Source: an uncultured Chloroflexia bacterium (lineage in GTDB: Bacteria; Chloroflexota; Limnocylindria; Limnocylindrales; CSP1-4). Taken from it: a stretch of 64,000 nt of DNA. A program made the position numbers and the translations under genes. Of the stretch, positions 61,688 to 64,000 are shown piece after piece. How positions within the stretch are numbered: position 1 is the stretch's first letter; every line of letters begins with the position of its first letter. Where the stretch lies: positions 218,340 through 282,339 of the forward strand of contig CAWFBR010000001.1 of the NCBI GenBank assembly GCA_963814125.1. The letters run 5' to 3'. The notes under the pieces are model-generated. The model saw only the letters and a program-made list of their open reading frames with translations, did not search any database and had not been told where the DNA came from.

Positions 61688-64000
61688 CCGAGGATCTGGG
61701 CCAGGTTCGAGTCGTCCGCGTCGAGGACGAGATGCGGACCAGCTACCTGGACTACGCGATGAGCGTCATCGTCGCGCGTGCCCTGCCCGACGTTCGCGAC
61801 GGCCTCAAGCCGGTCCACCGGCGAATTCTTTACACGATGGGCGAGATGGGGCTGTCGTCCAGCTCGTCGTTCCGCAAGTGCGCCGCGATCGTCGGCGAGG
61901 TCATGGGCAAGTACCACCCCCACGGGGACGCCGCGCTCTACGACGCGCTGGTCCGCCTCGCCCAGGACTTCTCGATGCGCTACCCCCTCGTCGACGGTCA
62001 GGGCAACTTCGGCTCGATCGACGGGGACAGCGCCGCCGCCATGCGGTACACCGAGGCACGCCTGACCGGCATCTCGGCCGAGATGCTGGCCGACATCGAC
62101 AAGAACACCGTCGACTTCGTGGACAACTACGACGGCACGCAGAGAGAGCCCACAGTCCTGCCCGCGAAGCTGCCGAACCTGCTCATCAACGGTTCATCGG
62201 GCATCGCGGTCGGCATGGCCACGAACATACCGCCCCACCACCTGGGCGAAGTGTGCGACGCGGCCCGAGCGCTCATCGACGATCCCCAGCTCACCTCGGA
62301 CGACCTCTGCAAGTACATCATCGGCCCCGACTTCCCGACCGGCGGCACGTTGTTCCGCTACGAGACTCGCCGAAACCCCATCACCGGCGAGAGCGAGACC
62401 ATCGACGCGATACGAGAGATGTACGCCCACGGGCGAGGTCGTGTCGTCATCCGCGCCCAGGTCGCCTTCGAGGAGACCCGGCAGGGGCGCATGTCGATCA
62501 TCGTCACGGAACTGCCCTACATGGTCAACAAAGCCGTCCTGCTGGAGAAGATGGCCGAGTTGGTCGGGGCTAAGAAGCTCGAGGGGATCGCCGACCTCCG
62601 AGACGAATCGGACCGAGACGGCATGCGCATCTATATCGAGATGAAGCGCGACGCGGATCCCCACCGCGTCTTGAACAACCTGTTCAAGCACACGGCGATG
62701 CAGGTCGCCTTCAACCTAAACATGCTCGCCCTCGTCGACGGCCAGCCGCAGACCCTCCCGCTCAAGGCAGTTCTGCAGCACTACATCGACCACAGGCGCG
62801 AGATCATCGTGCGCCGCACGGAGTACGACCTGGAAAAGGCGCGCGCGCGGGCCCATATCCTCGAGGGCCTCAAGATCGCCCTGGACAACCTCGATGCGGT
62901 GATCAAGACCATCCGCGAGTCGGCCGACGTCGAGACGGCCCGAGCGAACCTGATGACCCGCTTCGGACTGACGGAGATCCAGGCCCAGGCCATCCTGGAC
63001 ATGCGCCTGGCCCGCCTGGCCGCCCTCGAGCGGAAGAAGATCGAGGACGAGTACCTCGAGGTCATCAAGCTCATTGCGGAGCTGGAGGACATCCTGGCGA
63101 ATCCGTCACGCGTCATGGCGGTCATCAAGGACGAGCTCGCGGCGCTCAAGACGAAGTACGCCGGCGTGCGCCGGACTCGGATCGCGGACGACTCAAGTCG
63201 CGCGATGACGGACGAGGACCTCATCGCCGACGAGGACGTCGTGATCACCATCAGCGGCCGCGGCTACATCAAGCGCCAGCCGGTCGCCACGTACCGCCGC
63301 CAGGCCCGGGGGGGCAAGGGGATCATCGGCCACGTGACCCGCGAGGAGGACGCCGTCGAGCACCTCCTTGTCGCCAACACCCACGACTGGGCGCTCTTCT
63401 TCACGAACCGCGGCCGGGTCTTCTCGGCCAAGGTCCACACCATCGTGGACGCGAGCCGACAGGCCAAGGGCATCGCGATCATCAATCTCCCCGGCGTCCA
63501 GGTGGAGCCGGGCGAGGTCCCGATGGCGACAATAACCCTGTCGGACTTCAACGCCGGCAAGTTCCTGGTGATGGCCACGCGGAACGGCATCGTCAAGAAG
63601 TCGCCGCTGGAGCAGTTCGACCGTGTCCGTTCAAACGGCATCATTGCCATCACCATCGCGCCCGAGGACGAGCTCGCCTGGGTCGACGTGGCAACGGGCA
63701 AGGACGATGTGATTCTCGCCAGCGCTCAGGGCAAGATCGCCCGCTTCCACGAGGACGAGGTCAGACCGATGGGCCGCACCGCAGCCGGCGTGATCGGTAT
63801 GCGCCTGGCAAGTCCCACCGACCACGTCGTCGGTATGAGCGTTGTCCAGATCACCGCGGATCTGCTCGTCCTGACCGAAACCGGATACGGCAAGCGCGTT
63901 CCTCTGACGGAGTTCCGGGCAATGCACCGGGGCTCCCAGGGCGTCCGGCTGATCTCCCTCGAGGGCAAGAAGACCGGCGACGTGGCCGCCGTCCAGCAGG
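61684..64000 (+). CDS. gyrA: DNA gyrase subunit A (partial, 3' end beyond the window)
   Basis: …[27 protein letters not shown]… with the active-site Tyr region. A GTG start overlaps the upstream stop. No stop within the window. Confidence 0.95.
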   Translation, partial: MTEDLGQVRVVRVEDEMRTSYLDYAMSVIVARALPDVRDGLKPVHRRILYTMGEMGLSSSSSFRKCAAIVGEVMGKYHPHGDAALYDALVRLAQDFSMRYPLVDGQGNFGSIDGDSAAAMRYTEARLTGISAEMLADIDKNTVDFVDNYDGTQREPTVLPAKLPNLLINGSSGIAVGMATNIPPHHLGEVCDAARALIDDPQLTSDDLCKYIIGPDFPTGGTLFRYETRRNPITGESETIDAIREMYAHGRGRVVIRAQVAFEETRQGRMSIIVTELPYMVNKAVLLEKMAELVGAKKLEGIADLRDESDRDGMRIYIEMKRDADPHRVLNNLFKHTAMQVAFNLNMLALVDGQPQTLPLKAVLQHYIDHRREIIVRRTEYDLEKARARAHILEGLKIALDNLDAVIKTIRESADVETARANLMTRFGLTEIQAQAILDMRLARLAALERKKIEDEYLEVIKLIAELEDILANPSRVMAVIKDELAALKTKYAGVRRTRIADDSSRAMTDEDLIADEDVVITISGRGYIKRQPVATYRRQARGGKGIIGHVTREEDAVEHLLVANTHDWALFFTNRGRVFSAKVHTIVDASRQAKGIAIINLPGVQVEPGEVPMATITLSDFNAGKFLVMATRNGIVKKSPLEQFDRVRSNGIIAITIAPEDELAWVDVATGKDDVILASAQGKIARFHEDEVRPMGRTAAGVIGMRLASPTDHVVGMSVVQITADLLVLTETGYGKRVPLTEFRAMHRGSQGVRLISLEGKKTGDVAAVQQ

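Overview
This is a high-GC (~70%) bacterial chromosomal window. The gene order is Actinomycetota-like (rpmE–prfA–prmC–tsaC–wecA–atpIBEFHAGDC–murA, plus an F420-type oxidoreductase), but the taxon cannot be fixed from sequence alone.

Main blocks, left to right:
- Partial GGDEF/GAF diguanylate cyclase and a Gfo/Idh/MocA oxidoreductase.
- A glycan-metabolism island: GT4–hypothetical–GH130 operon, a divergent GT4 + FemAB/GNAT-like acyltransferase, and a SHOCT protein.
- An F420-family reductase, a divergent GT2 polyprenol-phosphate sugar synthase, and two tandem GT-C (ArnT/PMT-like) membrane glycosyltransferases.
- The second GT-C is translationally coupled to a histidine kinase – LuxR response regulator – degenerate kinase module, which sits directly upstream of a complete Tad/Flp pilus locus (flp, cpaB, REC-tadZ/cpaE, tadA/cpaF, tadB, tadC, DUF192).
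- comFC, hpf, nfo and a convergent XRE regulator.
- A ~24-kb uninterrupted minus-strand array: PHP/flippase-like genes coupled to mreB, murA, the full F1Fo ATP synthase operon, wecA, glyA, tsaC, cof, prmC, prfA, DUF1385, rpmE, rpmA, rplU, TIGR03936, a Na+/H+ antiporter, TIGR03960 radical SAM, rodA, mrdA and mreD.
- A ~700-bp lower-GC non-coding region with two parS sites, where gene orientation switches.
- A plus-strand overlapping-codon chain parA–parB–gyrB–paaI–alkD-like–gyrA (gyrA truncated at the window end).

No tRNA, rRNA, CRISPR or transposase genes were recognised. The ORF track also contains many spurious antisense or overlapping ORFs, which is typical for high-GC DNA and which I did not call.
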